Source of the DNA: PVC group bacterium
Lineage (GTDB): Bacteria; Auribacterota; Erginobacteria; Erginobacterales; Erginobacteraceae
Reading direction: 5' to 3'
DNA: 20,787 nucleotides
Assembly (NCBI GenBank): GCA_043804695.1
Contig: JAZDIV010000002.1
Location: 1-20,787, forward strand
Position numbers and translations under genes: made by a program. Below are positions 1-7,556 of the stretch, in pieces. A model generated the notes under the pieces. It did no database searches. It had not been told where the DNA came from and worked only from the letters and a program-made list of their open reading frames with translations. How positions within the stretch are numbered: the stretch's first letter is position 1; every line of letters starts with the position of its first letter.

Positions 1-2
1 CC

Positions 3-944
3 GCGTGGCCGGGCATGGGCTACGTGGCTTCGAAAACGGTCTCCTACCTGGTGGAAACGCTGGGGGCGGACCGTTTCGCGTTTATCAATCCCGATAATTA
101 TTTCTCTCCCGCCAGCGTGATCGTTGAAGAGAGCGTGGCTCGTATTCCACCCCTGCCCTCGAGCAATTTTTATTTCTGGAAAAATCGCGTCTCCGGGAGC
201 GACCTGATTCTCTTTCTCGGAGAATCCCAGCCGTCCACGCACCTGCAGATCCGGATGGCGCGCGAGGTGCTCGGCCTCGCGGTCAAGATGGGTGTTTTCA
301 GGCTCTGGACCTTTGCCGCCGCCCCGGCCCCCATTCAGCATAAAGACGTTCCCCGGATCTGGGGGGTGGCCAGCAGCGGGGAGTTGCGGGAATACCTGGC
401 CGGGCACGAGGTCTCTCTTCTGGAGATGGGGCATATCAGCGGGCTGAACGGCCTGCTACTGGGGGCGGCCTCCCAGGTCAGGATCCCCGGCATCTGCCTG
501 CTGGGGGAGATCCCCTATTACACCGTCAATCTGGAAAATCCCCGGGCGGCCGGGGTTATCCTTCATCTTCTCCAGGATCTTTTCTCGCTGCGGATCGACT
601 TCCGGCCGCTTGAGGATGATATTGAAAAATTCGACCAGGAGATCGCCAGCATCGGCAAGAAAGCCCAGGAGACGATGGCCACATTCATTCACCCCGATGA
701 CGAGGTGATGGATTTCAGCGGGATGATTGACGAGGAGGAGGAAGAGGAGCCGGGCGAGGAGGAGTCCCGTCCGCTGTCCGATTCCGCCCGGAGACGGATT
801 GAGGAGCTCTTCCGCCTGGTCCGGAGGGACCCTCTCCAGGCTCCCCGCCTGAAAGAAGAGCTCGATAAGTGGGGCGTCTACCCCCTGTTTGAAGACCGGT
901 TTCTCGATCTCTTCCGCGGCGGCGAGGACCGGAGGGATAACTAG
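3..944 (+). CDS. PAC2 (proteasome assembly chaperone-like) family protein, 5'-truncated by window edge
   Basis: The frame is open upstream of ATG15 and reads AWPGMGYVA, matching the PAC2 N-terminal xPGxGxVx motif, so the true start lies outside the window. Also has GESQP, GHISGLNGLLLG, GICLLGEIPYY and an acidic linker before a C-terminal LKEELDKWG..FEDRFLDLF. Confidence 0.8.
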   Translation, partial: AWPGMGYVASKTVSYLVETLGADRFAFINPDNYFSPASVIVEESVARIPPLPSSNFYFWKNRVSGSDLILFLGESQPSTHLQIRMAREVLGLAVKMGVFRLWTFAAAPAPIQHKDVPRIWGVASSGELREYLAGHEVSLLEMGHISGLNGLLLGAASQVRIPGICLLGEIPYYTVNLENPRAAGVILHLLQDLFSLRIDFRPLEDDIEKFDQEIASIGKKAQETMATFIHPDDEVMDFSGMIDEEEEEEPGEEESRPLSDSARRRIEELFRLVRRDPLQAPRLKEELDKWGVYPLFEDRFLDLFRGGEDRRDN

Positions 945-951
945 CGGTGCC

Positions 952-1031
952 GTAATCAGTAATCAGTGATCGGTAATCAGTGCTCTGCCCGGCGGGGCCA
1001 TGCCGGTTACTGATTACTGATTACCGATTAC
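952..1031. repeat. Inverted pair of heptamer tandem arrays: (GTAATCA)x4 ... (TGATTAC)x4
   Basis: Left arm 952-979 (gtaatca gtaatca gtgatcg gtaatca); right arm 1004-1031 (cggttac tgattac tgattac cgattac). The arms are mutual reverse complements around a GC-rich spacer. Confidence 0.9.
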
Positions 1032-1055
1032 ATAATTTCTCCCCGGAGATGTTTC

Positions 1056-2831
1056 ATGGGGGACTTTTATCATCAGCGAAAAAGGCTGTTTGCCCTTGCA
1101 ATCTTCCTGCTCGCCTTTTCTCTCCGGGCCGTTCTTGATCTGATCTTTTTCTCCCGCTCCGGCTGGTTTTCATCTCACCTGATCGAGGTCTGGTATTATT
1201 ACGGGGTCGCCCGGGGGGTCTACGCGCTCTCCTTCTTTGACCCCACCTATCTTCTTCTCCGGGTGCCGGGGCTGCTCCTCCCCGGCGGGATCCTCTATCA
1301 GGCCGTTGTCTTCGAAGCCGCCGTCATCTCCGCCCTGACGGCCGTCCTCATCTTTTACTGGCTCAACCGGCGCTACGGGCGGTCCGCGGGGCTCTGGGGC
1401 GGCATCGTCTTCGCCCTCCTCCCCGCCCCGGTGACCCTCTCGCTGGTCAACTTCTCTCACGACCTGGTCCAGGCTCCGCTGGTGGTGCTGTTCTTCTGGT
1501 CAATGACGGTGGCGGAACAGGGGGGGGAGAGGAGGGGAAGGGCGCTGGCGGCCGCTTTCGCCTGCCTTTTGCTCGGCCTGATGATCGGCCCCCTGATGGC
1601 GGCCGCCCTGGTCATCATGCTCCTTTATTCGATCCGGCTTCTCTTCCAGCGGATGATGGGGCATCATCCCCCGGCCGGGGGGTTCGCGCTCTATCTGCTG
1701 GGGCTTGTTCTCCTCAACTACGGACTCTACCTGGTCATGAAGCCCCACCTGCTGGAATGGATCGCGCCTTTGGCCCTGAAGTTCCGGGGGATCGATCTGC
1801 TCACCCAGGTCAGGATCCGGGTTGGCGATCTCCAGCCCCTCCCCGCGGACGCCCTCTGGAACCGGTACACCCTTTTTATCTTTTTTCTCCCCTGGGGGCT
1901 CTGGACCGCCTTTCGGGAGAGGGATTTTTTCGCCCTGACCTTATTTCTATTCAGCCTTTCTCTTTCCCTGGTCGTGAACCGGGGGGCCCGGCTGCTCGAC
2001 CTTTCGGTCGTGCTGCTGTCGGCTCTGGCCATCCGGAGCTGGGGCAAACAAGCCGCCGTTGTGACAACGGCGGCGGTGCTTCTTTATATCGGCATCGATC
2101 TGCTCTTCCCCGGGAAAAGCGGGGTGATGTACGCCGGGCTCCCCTATGGACTCCTCCATTTATGGGCCGCCCTCCCGGCGGTCTTTGATCCCGCGGCTCG
2201 TCCCGATCCGATGTATCTTCGTTGCGGCTGGCTGTTCACCGGATTTTTCACCATGGCTATTGTTCTCAGCTTTCTCCTTCGATTAAAAAAAAGCTGGCCG
2301 GTCGGGATCGCCCTTTTCCTGATCGGCTGGCTCCAGGGCAACTGGGTCATGCTGGCCGCCAGCACCAGCACTGACCAGATCGAGTACGAGGCGTACCGCT
2401 GGCTGGATGAGAACTCCCGGCCGGGGGAGAAGATCTTCGCCGCCTGGAACCAGGGCTACGTCATCGGAGCGCTCACCCGCCTCTTCCCGGTGACCACCCC
2501 GGAACGGATAGATTTTTCCCTGACCCGGCTCTACTGGGAGGAGGAACCCGCCGCCGTCCGGGCCCTGCAGGAATCGGGGGTGCGGTATGTCCATGTCACC
2601 AGCCGGTACTTCGGCATCACCGCCGTCAACCGGGAGAATGACACTTTTACCATGCGGGGCAACACCATCATCGGCCCCGAGCCGGTTCATATCCGACGCT
2701 TTTCCCGGATGCGCCGGACGCTGCTCTTCCGCCTCCTCTATGAGCCGAAGACGCTGCTCCGCTTCACCTCGATCTATGAGAAGATCGATCCGGAACAGAA
2801 GCTGCTGGTGCGGATCTTTAAGGTTGAATAG
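1056..2831 (+). CDS. GT-C fold integral membrane glycosyltransferase, STT3/AglB/PglB oligosaccharyltransferase-like, with non-canonical motifs
   Basis: Many hydrophobic TM segments followed by a soluble C-terminal domain. AYRWLDENS..IFAAWNQGYVI sits at the WWDYG position and RVGDLQP at the SVSE/TIxE-xQP position; GVRYVHV, LLFRLLY and terminal LVRIFKV resemble the STT3 C-terminal core. GGAG RBS upstream of the ATG. Confidence 0.7.
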   Translation: MGDFYHQRKRLFALAIFLLAFSLRAVLDLIFFSRSGWFSSHLIEVWYYYGVARGVYALSFFDPTYLLLRVPGLLLPGGILYQAVVFEAAVISALTAVLIFYWLNRRYGRSAGLWGGIVFALLPAPVTLSLVNFSHDLVQAPLVVLFFWSMTVAEQGGERRGRALAAAFACLLLGLMIGPLMAAALVIMLLYSIRLLFQRMMGHHPPAGGFALYLLGLVLLNYGLYLVMKPHLLEWIAPLALKFRGIDLLTQVRIRVGDLQPLPADALWNRYTLFIFFLPWGLWTAFRERDFFALTLFLFSLSLSLVVNRGARLLDLSVVLLSALAIRSWGKQAAVVTTAAVLLYIGIDLLFPGKSGVMYAGLPYGLLHLWAALPAVFDPAARPDPMYLRCGWLFTGFFTMAIVLSFLLRLKKSWPVGIALFLIGWLQGNWVMLAASTSTDQIEYEAYRWLDENSRPGEKIFAAWNQGYVIGALTRLFPVTTPERIDFSLTRLYWEEEPAAVRALQESGVRYVHVTSRYFGITAVNRENDTFTMRGNTIIGPEPVHIRRFSRMRRTLLFRLLYEPKTLLRFTSIYEKIDPEQKLLVRIFKVE

Positions 2832-2872
2832 TCAAAAGTCCTGTATCGAAATACAACAAAGGAGAGGTGGTG

Positions 2873-3367
2873 ATGAAGAAATCAATTCTCGGCGGTGAGC
2901 TGTTTTTTGTAGCATTCCTGCTCGTATCGGTTATGTTCTCGCCGGGGCGGGCGGAGACGTACCGGGACGGGATCTATGAGGGCGCCTCTTCCGAGAATCA
3001 GTTCGGGAAGGTCCGTCTCGCGGTGGTGATCGAGGGGGGAAAAATAACCGACCTGCAGTATCGGGAGATTCCGGACTGGTATCCGGAAAAGGTGCAAACG
3101 GGCATGAAAGAAAAGATCATCGAGAAGCAGTCCCCCCGGGTGGACGCGGTTTCCGGGGCGACGGTCAGCGGCCGCCTGGTCGCCGAGGCAGCCGCCCGGG
3201 CCCTGGAAAAAGCGGCGGTTCCCCCGGCGGAGAAGAAAGCCGCTCCCGCTCCCCCGCGGGTTATCCTGGAGACAACCGGGGGGAGGATCGAGCTTGTGCT
3301 TTATCCGGAAAAAGCCCCCCCGCGCGGTGGAGAATTTCATCGGTCTGGTCGAGAAGGGATATTATAA
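2873..3367 (+). CDS. 5' part of a frameshifted gene: signal peptide + FMN-binding (flavinylation) domain + Pro/Ala linker + first strands of cyclophilin
   Basis: MKK followed by a hydrophobic signal; YRDGIYEG and VDAVSGAT (flavinylation motif, 3143-3163); then RVILETTGGRIELVLYPEKAP, the cyclophilin N-terminus. GGAGAGG lies upstream of ATG2873. Confidence 0.8.
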   Translation: MKKSILGGELFFVAFLLVSVMFSPGRAETYRDGIYEGASSENQFGKVRLAVVIEGGKITDLQYREIPDWYPEKVQTGMKEKIIEKQSPRVDAVSGATVSGRLVAEAAARALEKAAVPPAEKKAAPAPPRVILETTGGRIELVLYPEKAPPRGGEFHRSGREGIL

Positions 3368-3731
3368 CGGGGTCATCTTTCACCGCATCATCCCCGGTTT
3401 CATGATCCAGGGAGGTGATCCGACGGGTACCGGCCGGGGGGGATCATCCCTCTGGGGGAAGCCCTTCGAGGACGAATTCAGCCCCGGCCTCCGGTTTGAC
3501 CGCCCCGGGTTGCTGGCGATGGCGAACGCCGGGCCGAACACCAACGGCTCCCAGTTTTTCATCACGGTGGCCGCCACCCCCTGGCTGAACGGCCGCCACA
3601 CCATCTTCGGGGAGGTGGCTGGCGGCTCCGAGGCGGTCCAGGCGATCGAGCAGGCACCGACCGGCCCCGGCAACCGGCCGACGGAAGAACAGGAGATTCA
3701 GAAAGCCACAGTAATCCGGGAAGCGAATTAA
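3294..3731 (+). CDS. 3' part of a frameshifted gene: cyclophilin-type peptidyl-prolyl cis-trans isomerase
   Basis: AVENF..L..KGYYNGVIFHRIIPGFMIQGGDPTGTGRGG, LAMANAGPNTNGSQFFIT, WLNGRHTIFGEV. The ORF-track start at 3294 is probably not real because the domain begins in the upstream frame. Confidence 0.9.
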   Translation: MCFIRKKPPRAVENFIGLVEKGYYNGVIFHRIIPGFMIQGGDPTGTGRGGSSLWGKPFEDEFSPGLRFDRPGLLAMANAGPNTNGSQFFITVAATPWLNGRHTIFGEVAGGSEAVQAIEQAPTGPGNRPTEEQEIQKATVIREAN

Positions 3732-3736
3732 TCCGA

Positions 3737-3759
3737 TTATTTTTCCTCCGGAAAAATAA
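3737..3759. repeat. Short AT-rich palindrome family, copy 1 (TTATTTTTCC-TCC-GGAAAAATAA)
   Basis: 10-bp perfect arms just after the PPIase stop codon; identical copy at 8561-8583 and a variant at 18131-18155. Confidence 0.85.
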
Positions 3760-3930
3760 GAATGTGCAAGCATTGAACCGACAGTGCAGGGATATTTTAA
3801 AGAAAATTCGTGTAATTCAAGTAAGTCGTAGTTTTATTTAGTCGCCCAAACCCCGATAAATCGGGGTAGACTACGCGCGGGCTAAGTTCCTGTTTCGGAA
3901 TTTCAATAAATGTTGTAGCGGCGGTCTTTA

Positions 3931-4097
3931 GAGGCTGTCCGGTAAACCCTGAAATGTCATTGCGAGCCCCGAAGGGGCGAAGCAAACTATTTTTTCATTC
4001 ATAACCGCCTCTTATCCAAAATGATGAGATTGCTTCGTCGCTGCGCTCCTCGCAATGACCTCTAAAATGCCTAAAATCCGAATTATCGGACAGCCTC
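3931..4097. mobile_element. 167-bp MITE with GAGGCTGTCCG terminal inverted repeats and a 4-bp TTTA target-site duplication
   Basis: Left end gaggctgtccggtaa versus reverse-complemented right end gaggctgtccgataa (14/15 match); TTTA at 3927-3930 and 4098-4101; no transposase ORF. Confidence 0.85.
3956..4059. repeat. GTCATTGCGAG...CTCGCAATGAC palindromic element nested within the MITE
   Basis: 11-bp perfect terminal IR, internal GCCCCGAAGGGGC hairpin, and gaagca../ttgcttc pairing; a second copy starts at 20685. Confidence 0.85.
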
Positions 4098-4267
4098 TTT
4101 AGACCGCCAGATAATGGCGACCTGAAGGTCGCCGCTACGAAGTTAGCGCCGAAGGCGCTAAGTTCTGTCTTGCCGGGCATGGGGTTGTGTGGTAATTTAT
4201 CTTAAGTATTGTTTGGCAATTTCCGGCCGGGGGCGCCTGAAATCGATTATGGGAGTATGACAGCATC

Positions 4268-5779
4268 GTGAAGAGAGCGGCATCGATCGTGTTCTTTCTC
4301 GTCTGCGTGTTCCCCGCCGGGGTCTTCCCGTTCACGGTCAAGACCTCGGATGAAGGGACCTTCCTTGCCTGGCCTCCCGGGAGGACCACAATTTTCTACA
4401 TGGTCGGCTCCCGGGGAACCGGTTCTCCTTCCGGGCTGGTCGGGGAGTTAGCCCGGGCCTTTCAGTCCTGGGAAGAGAAGGCGCAGGGGGAGGTCAGCTT
4501 CATCTACGGAGGCGATCTGGAAAACAGAGAAGCGCTCCAGGACGGGGTCAATACCGTTCTCTGGGTCACGGACGGATGGCAGTACGGCCCGGACATCGCG
4601 GCCGTCTCCACCACCTGGCCTTCCGGGGAGACCGGCGGGATCGGCGAAGTTGATGTCGAGTTCAATGGACGGGACTTTGATTGGACGTCCCCCGGCTCGC
4701 CCGGGGTCCTGGAGACGGCGCTTCACGAGATTGGCCATCTCCTGGGGGTCGGCCACTCCTTCAACCCCGGCGCCGTGATGCACGATGCCGTCAGGCCGTC
4801 CGGCCCGGTCCGCCGGGTCTTGAGCCGGGATGACATCGAGGCCCTCCTCTTTCTCTATCCTCCCCTCGACCGGAAGGTGAACCGGTACGATCTGCCCGTG
4901 CTCTTCTACCCCCGGGATTTCCCGGGAGAACCCCCCATCCTCCCCCCCTCGGCGGGGCTTGATCCCGGCCCGGCCCGCTGGGTTACCGCCCTGGGGTCGG
5001 CGGATGTCGATAAAGACGGGTACCGCTCGGAAATACTTTCCTCCTGCCGTGACGGGAGCGGCTGGAAGGCGATCGAGGGATGGGAGCTTCCGGATGAGGC
5101 AACAGGAGCCCTCCGTCGTCTTTTTCTCCCCGGGGAGATTGCCCCGGCGGGCGAGATCACGGCCATCTCCGGGGTTGATATCGACCGGGACGGGATCAGC
5201 GGCGAGGCGGCGGTGCTGGTCCGGCAGGACGGCGGGGAGCGGCTCTATTTTTTTCCGGTTGATCCCGCCGCCGGTCCGGCTCCCGAACCGGTCGCCTCGC
5301 TAGCCCTCGCCGCCCCCCCGGCCAATAACCTGATCGGGATGGCCTCCCTGGACGCGGACGGCGACCGGCTCCGGGATGAACTGCTCGTCCTGCGGGCTCG
5401 GGCGGGCGGATATTCCCTCCATCTGCACGCCGCCCCTGGCGAGGGAGAGGCAATCGAAATCCCCGACCCCGGCGTCGAGATCGCCGTTCCCGGCCTGCAG
5501 GAAGGGGCCCGGCTGCTCGGCCTGGCGGTGCTGGACGCGGACGGAGACGGGGAGGAGAAGGACCTGGTCTTTCTGGAGCTGACATCATCCAGAGAGTACT
5601 GGCTGCACGCTTTCCGCCTCGTCGGCCTTCCCGACCGCGCCGTTTTCGACATCGCCTACCTCACCTCTGCCCGCCTGCCGGGCGGGGCACATACGGTCCT
5701 CCCCGCCAAAATGGCCGCCCTCGATCTCAACCGGGACGGCTACTACACCGAGCTGATTATTTTCTCCCCGGCGGAGTAA
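4268..5779 (+). CDS. Secreted matrixin-like (M10, metzincin) zinc metalloprotease with C-terminal FG-GAP-like Ca-binding repeats
   Basis: N-terminal signal peptide; HEIGHLLGVGH (HExxHxxGxxH), Met-turn AVM and LSRDDIEAL..LY; five DxDxDG-type loops (DVDKDG, DIDRDG, DADGDR, DADGDG, DLNRDG). GTG start. Confidence 0.85.
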   Translation: MKRAASIVFFLVCVFPAGVFPFTVKTSDEGTFLAWPPGRTTIFYMVGSRGTGSPSGLVGELARAFQSWEEKAQGEVSFIYGGDLENREALQDGVNTVLWVTDGWQYGPDIAAVSTTWPSGETGGIGEVDVEFNGRDFDWTSPGSPGVLETALHEIGHLLGVGHSFNPGAVMHDAVRPSGPVRRVLSRDDIEALLFLYPPLDRKVNRYDLPVLFYPRDFPGEPPILPPSAGLDPGPARWVTALGSADVDKDGYRSEILSSCRDGSGWKAIEGWELPDEATGALRRLFLPGEIAPAGEITAISGVDIDRDGISGEAAVLVRQDGGERLYFFPVDPAAGPAPEPVASLALAAPPANNLIGMASLDADGDRLRDELLVLRARAGGYSLHLHAAPGEGEAIEIPDPGVEIAVPGLQEGARLLGLAVLDADGDGEEKDLVFLELTSSREYWLHAFRLVGLPDRAVFDIAYLTSARLPGGAHTVLPAKMAALDLNRDGYYTELIIFSPAE

Positions 5780-5974
5780 CCGGCGGCCGGCCTTCCCGGA
5801 CTTTTTTATCCGCGGCTTCTTTTTACCCATTGTTTCCTGGTGTGCTTTCCGCTTGGTCGGGGTCGGAACGGAAACCCCGATCAGGCGATGCCGCCCCGGT
5901 CAAGCGGTCTATTTTTAGTCGTGCTCTCCGCGGCCTTCGTGATAGGATTAACCCGATTTATTCATAATTTTTCG

Positions 5975-6000
5975 TGAACTCAATCGCGTCTTCAGGCGTA
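5975..6000 (+). promoter_or_regulatory. Putative ECF-sigma promoter (-35 TGAAC, 17-nt spacer, -10 CGTA)
   Basis: TGAAC at 5975-5979 and CGTA at 5997-6000, 14 nt before the sigma ATG; fits the generic AAC-N16/17-CGT ECF autoregulatory consensus. Confidence 0.65.
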
Positions 6001-6014
6001 TCAGAGAATACAGA

Positions 6015-6626
6015 ATGGCTCAGACCGACGAGCAATTGATCGAGTTATGCAAGCGGAAAAAGATCGCTGCGCTGGAAGAGCTTCTGGCCAGGCATCAGGA
6101 TCCGCTGATGGCTTTTATTTATTCCGTGGTCAGGGACTATCACCTGGCCGAGGACATCTTCCAGGAGGCGTTTATCCGGGTCTACCGGGAGGCCCGGCGG
6201 TTCCGGAGCGGCGGCAAGTTTAAGACCTGGCTCTACACCATCGCCCTCAATCTCTGCCGGGACGCCCTCCGGAAAGCCCGCCGCCGGCCGACCGTACCGC
6301 TGGAGATGGAGATGCCGCTACAGGATGGAGAATCATCGCGCCGGCTGATCGATGTGGTTGTCGGCCGCGGTCCCGACCCCCGGGAGGAGGCGGGCGGTCG
6401 GGAGCTGGAAGCGGTCTTCCGCCGGGAACTGGCAGGGCTCTCCGATGGGCACCGGCAGGTGGTGGTCCTGAGCCGGCTGAACGGCTGGAAGTATCATGAA
6501 ATCGCGGATATCATGGGGATCCCCTCCGGGACCGTCCGTTCTCGGTTGCACTACGCGCTGGAGTATCTTCGAAAAAAAATGGCCGGACTAAATAGTCACC
6601 AAGGCACCAAGACACGAAAAAAGTGA
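6015..6626 (+). CDS. ECF-family RNA polymerase sigma-70 factor (RpoE/SigW-like)
   Basis: Region 2: AEDIFQEAFIRVY..FKTWLYTIALNLCRD; region 4 HTH: YHEIADIMGIPSGTVRSRLHYA; 203 aa. Confidence 0.95.
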   Translation: MAQTDEQLIELCKRKKIAALEELLARHQDPLMAFIYSVVRDYHLAEDIFQEAFIRVYREARRFRSGGKFKTWLYTIALNLCRDALRKARRRPTVPLEMEMPLQDGESSRRLIDVVVGRGPDPREEAGGRELEAVFRRELAGLSDGHRQVVVLSRLNGWKYHEIADIMGIPSGTVRSRLHYALEYLRKKMAGLNSHQGTKTRKK

Positions 6627-6691
6627 AAAAAGAGTATTTTAATTTACCGGTATTGCCTCAATGGAATCGCAATAGTCTTGGATCAAAACAT

Positions 6692-6723
6692 AAAGTAGCG
6701 AGCGCAGCGAGCTAATTTACATG
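6692..6723 (+). repeat. 32-bp direct repeat ending in the anti-sigma ATG (partner at 7558-7589)
   Basis: aaagtagcgagcgcagcgagctaattta[c/t]atg, 31/32 identical between the two copies. Confidence 0.9.
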
Positions 6724-7455
6724 AAAACATGTGACGAGTTACAGGGCTATATATTTGACCGCGTGCTGGGAGAATCCCTTCCGCCGACGGCTGAAGAGGC
6801 GGTCAGCAAACATCTACGCTGCTGCCCGGCCTGCCGGAAGATCCATGAAGATGCCCGGAAAGTCTGGGGATCATTGGAAGCCATAAAAGAAGTGCGGTTC
6901 CCGCGCAGCCTCTCCCGTAACGTGCTCGGGGAGGCGGTCTTCCGTCCGGCCTTCATCCGCTTCTTTGGCCGGCCGCTTTCCTTCCGGCAGGCTTCCCTGA
7001 TCGCGGCGGCGGCAACGGTGGTTATTGCCTCCGGCCTTCTTCTTGTTTTTCATGGGTTTCACCCCGGAGAACAAGCGGGGAGGCGGACATTCATCCGCGA
7101 GGCCGGCACCTTTCATCCCCGCCAAATCCCGTCCCCCGATCTGACGGTGACGCTGGACGATTATCTGGAAAAGACCAGAAATATTCTTGGCGGCGTCCGG
7201 GATGGCGCTTATAATACCTGGGGCTCGGTTCTGTCGGAGATCATCTCCCGGGATATCCAGGGGCGCTCGAATTATCTCCTGGAGAACTCGGCTCTCCCCC
7301 CGGCCGCCCGCCCTGTCGTTGGCAGCCTCCACGATGCTTTCTGGCGGATGCTCCAATGCGGCCGGGGCCGGGAGACGGAAGAGATCCGGCTGCCCCCGGG
7401 GATAGACCCGTCGGCGCTGGTGGGGGAGATCGATAGATATAAGTGCCTGAAATGA
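6721..7455 (+). CDS. Membrane-anchored zinc-binding (ZAS, zf-HC2) anti-sigma factor
   Basis: N-terminal Cys plus HLRCCPAC (HxxxCxxC), one TM helix (ASLIAAAATVVIASGLLLVF) and a C-terminal extracytoplasmic domain; directly downstream of the ECF sigma. Confidence 0.85.
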   Translation: MKTCDELQGYIFDRVLGESLPPTAEEAVSKHLRCCPACRKIHEDARKVWGSLEAIKEVRFPRSLSRNVLGEAVFRPAFIRFFGRPLSFRQASLIAAAATVVIASGLLLVFHGFHPGEQAGRRTFIREAGTFHPRQIPSPDLTVTLDDYLEKTRNILGGVRDGAYNTWGSVLSEIISRDIQGRSNYLLENSALPPAARPVVGSLHDAFWRMLQCGRGRETEEIRLPPGIDPSALVGEIDRYKCLK

Positions 7456-7472
7456 TGGAACAATAATTATTA

Positions 7473-7556
7473 GCCACCAAGGCACAAAGGCACCAAGAAA
7501 AGAGTAAGAAACTCACCTCATGTGGTTTTTTCTTGGTGTCTTGGTGTCTTAGTGGC
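7473..7556. repeat. Inverted octamer arrays (GCACCAAG)n ... (CTTGGTGT)n, copy A
   Basis: gccaccaaggcacaaaggcaccaagaaaa / ttttcttggtgtcttggtgtcttagtggc; paralog at 19812-19902 and a lone left arm at 6593-6620. Confidence 0.9.

Larger units (their letters stand above)
3915..4138 (+). repeat. GTAG-type REP/REPIN double-hairpin element interrupted by a MITE
   Basis: Removing 3931-4097 and one TTTA restores gtagcggcggtc-TTTA-gaccgcc-agataat-ggcgacctgaaggtcgcc-gctac, with terminal IR gtagcggcg/cgccgctac. Confidence 0.8.

Noticed and set aside
3797..4389. Small minus-strand ORFs 3797-3985, 3995-4180 and 4135-4389 (and 20498-20689)
   Set aside because: They are largely translations of REP/MITE palindromes (e.g. 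HCEERSDEAIS, DLKVAAT); no transposase or other motifs.
5780..5830. Intrinsic terminator after the protease gene
   Set aside because: Only about 4-bp stems precede the T-runs; too ambiguous to call.
5853..5910. Hairpin ggtcgggg..ccccgatc as SRP RNA or a riboswitch
   Set aside because: Single stem; lacks the SRP domain IV consensus or any riboswitch core I can recognise. An Rfam scan would settle it.
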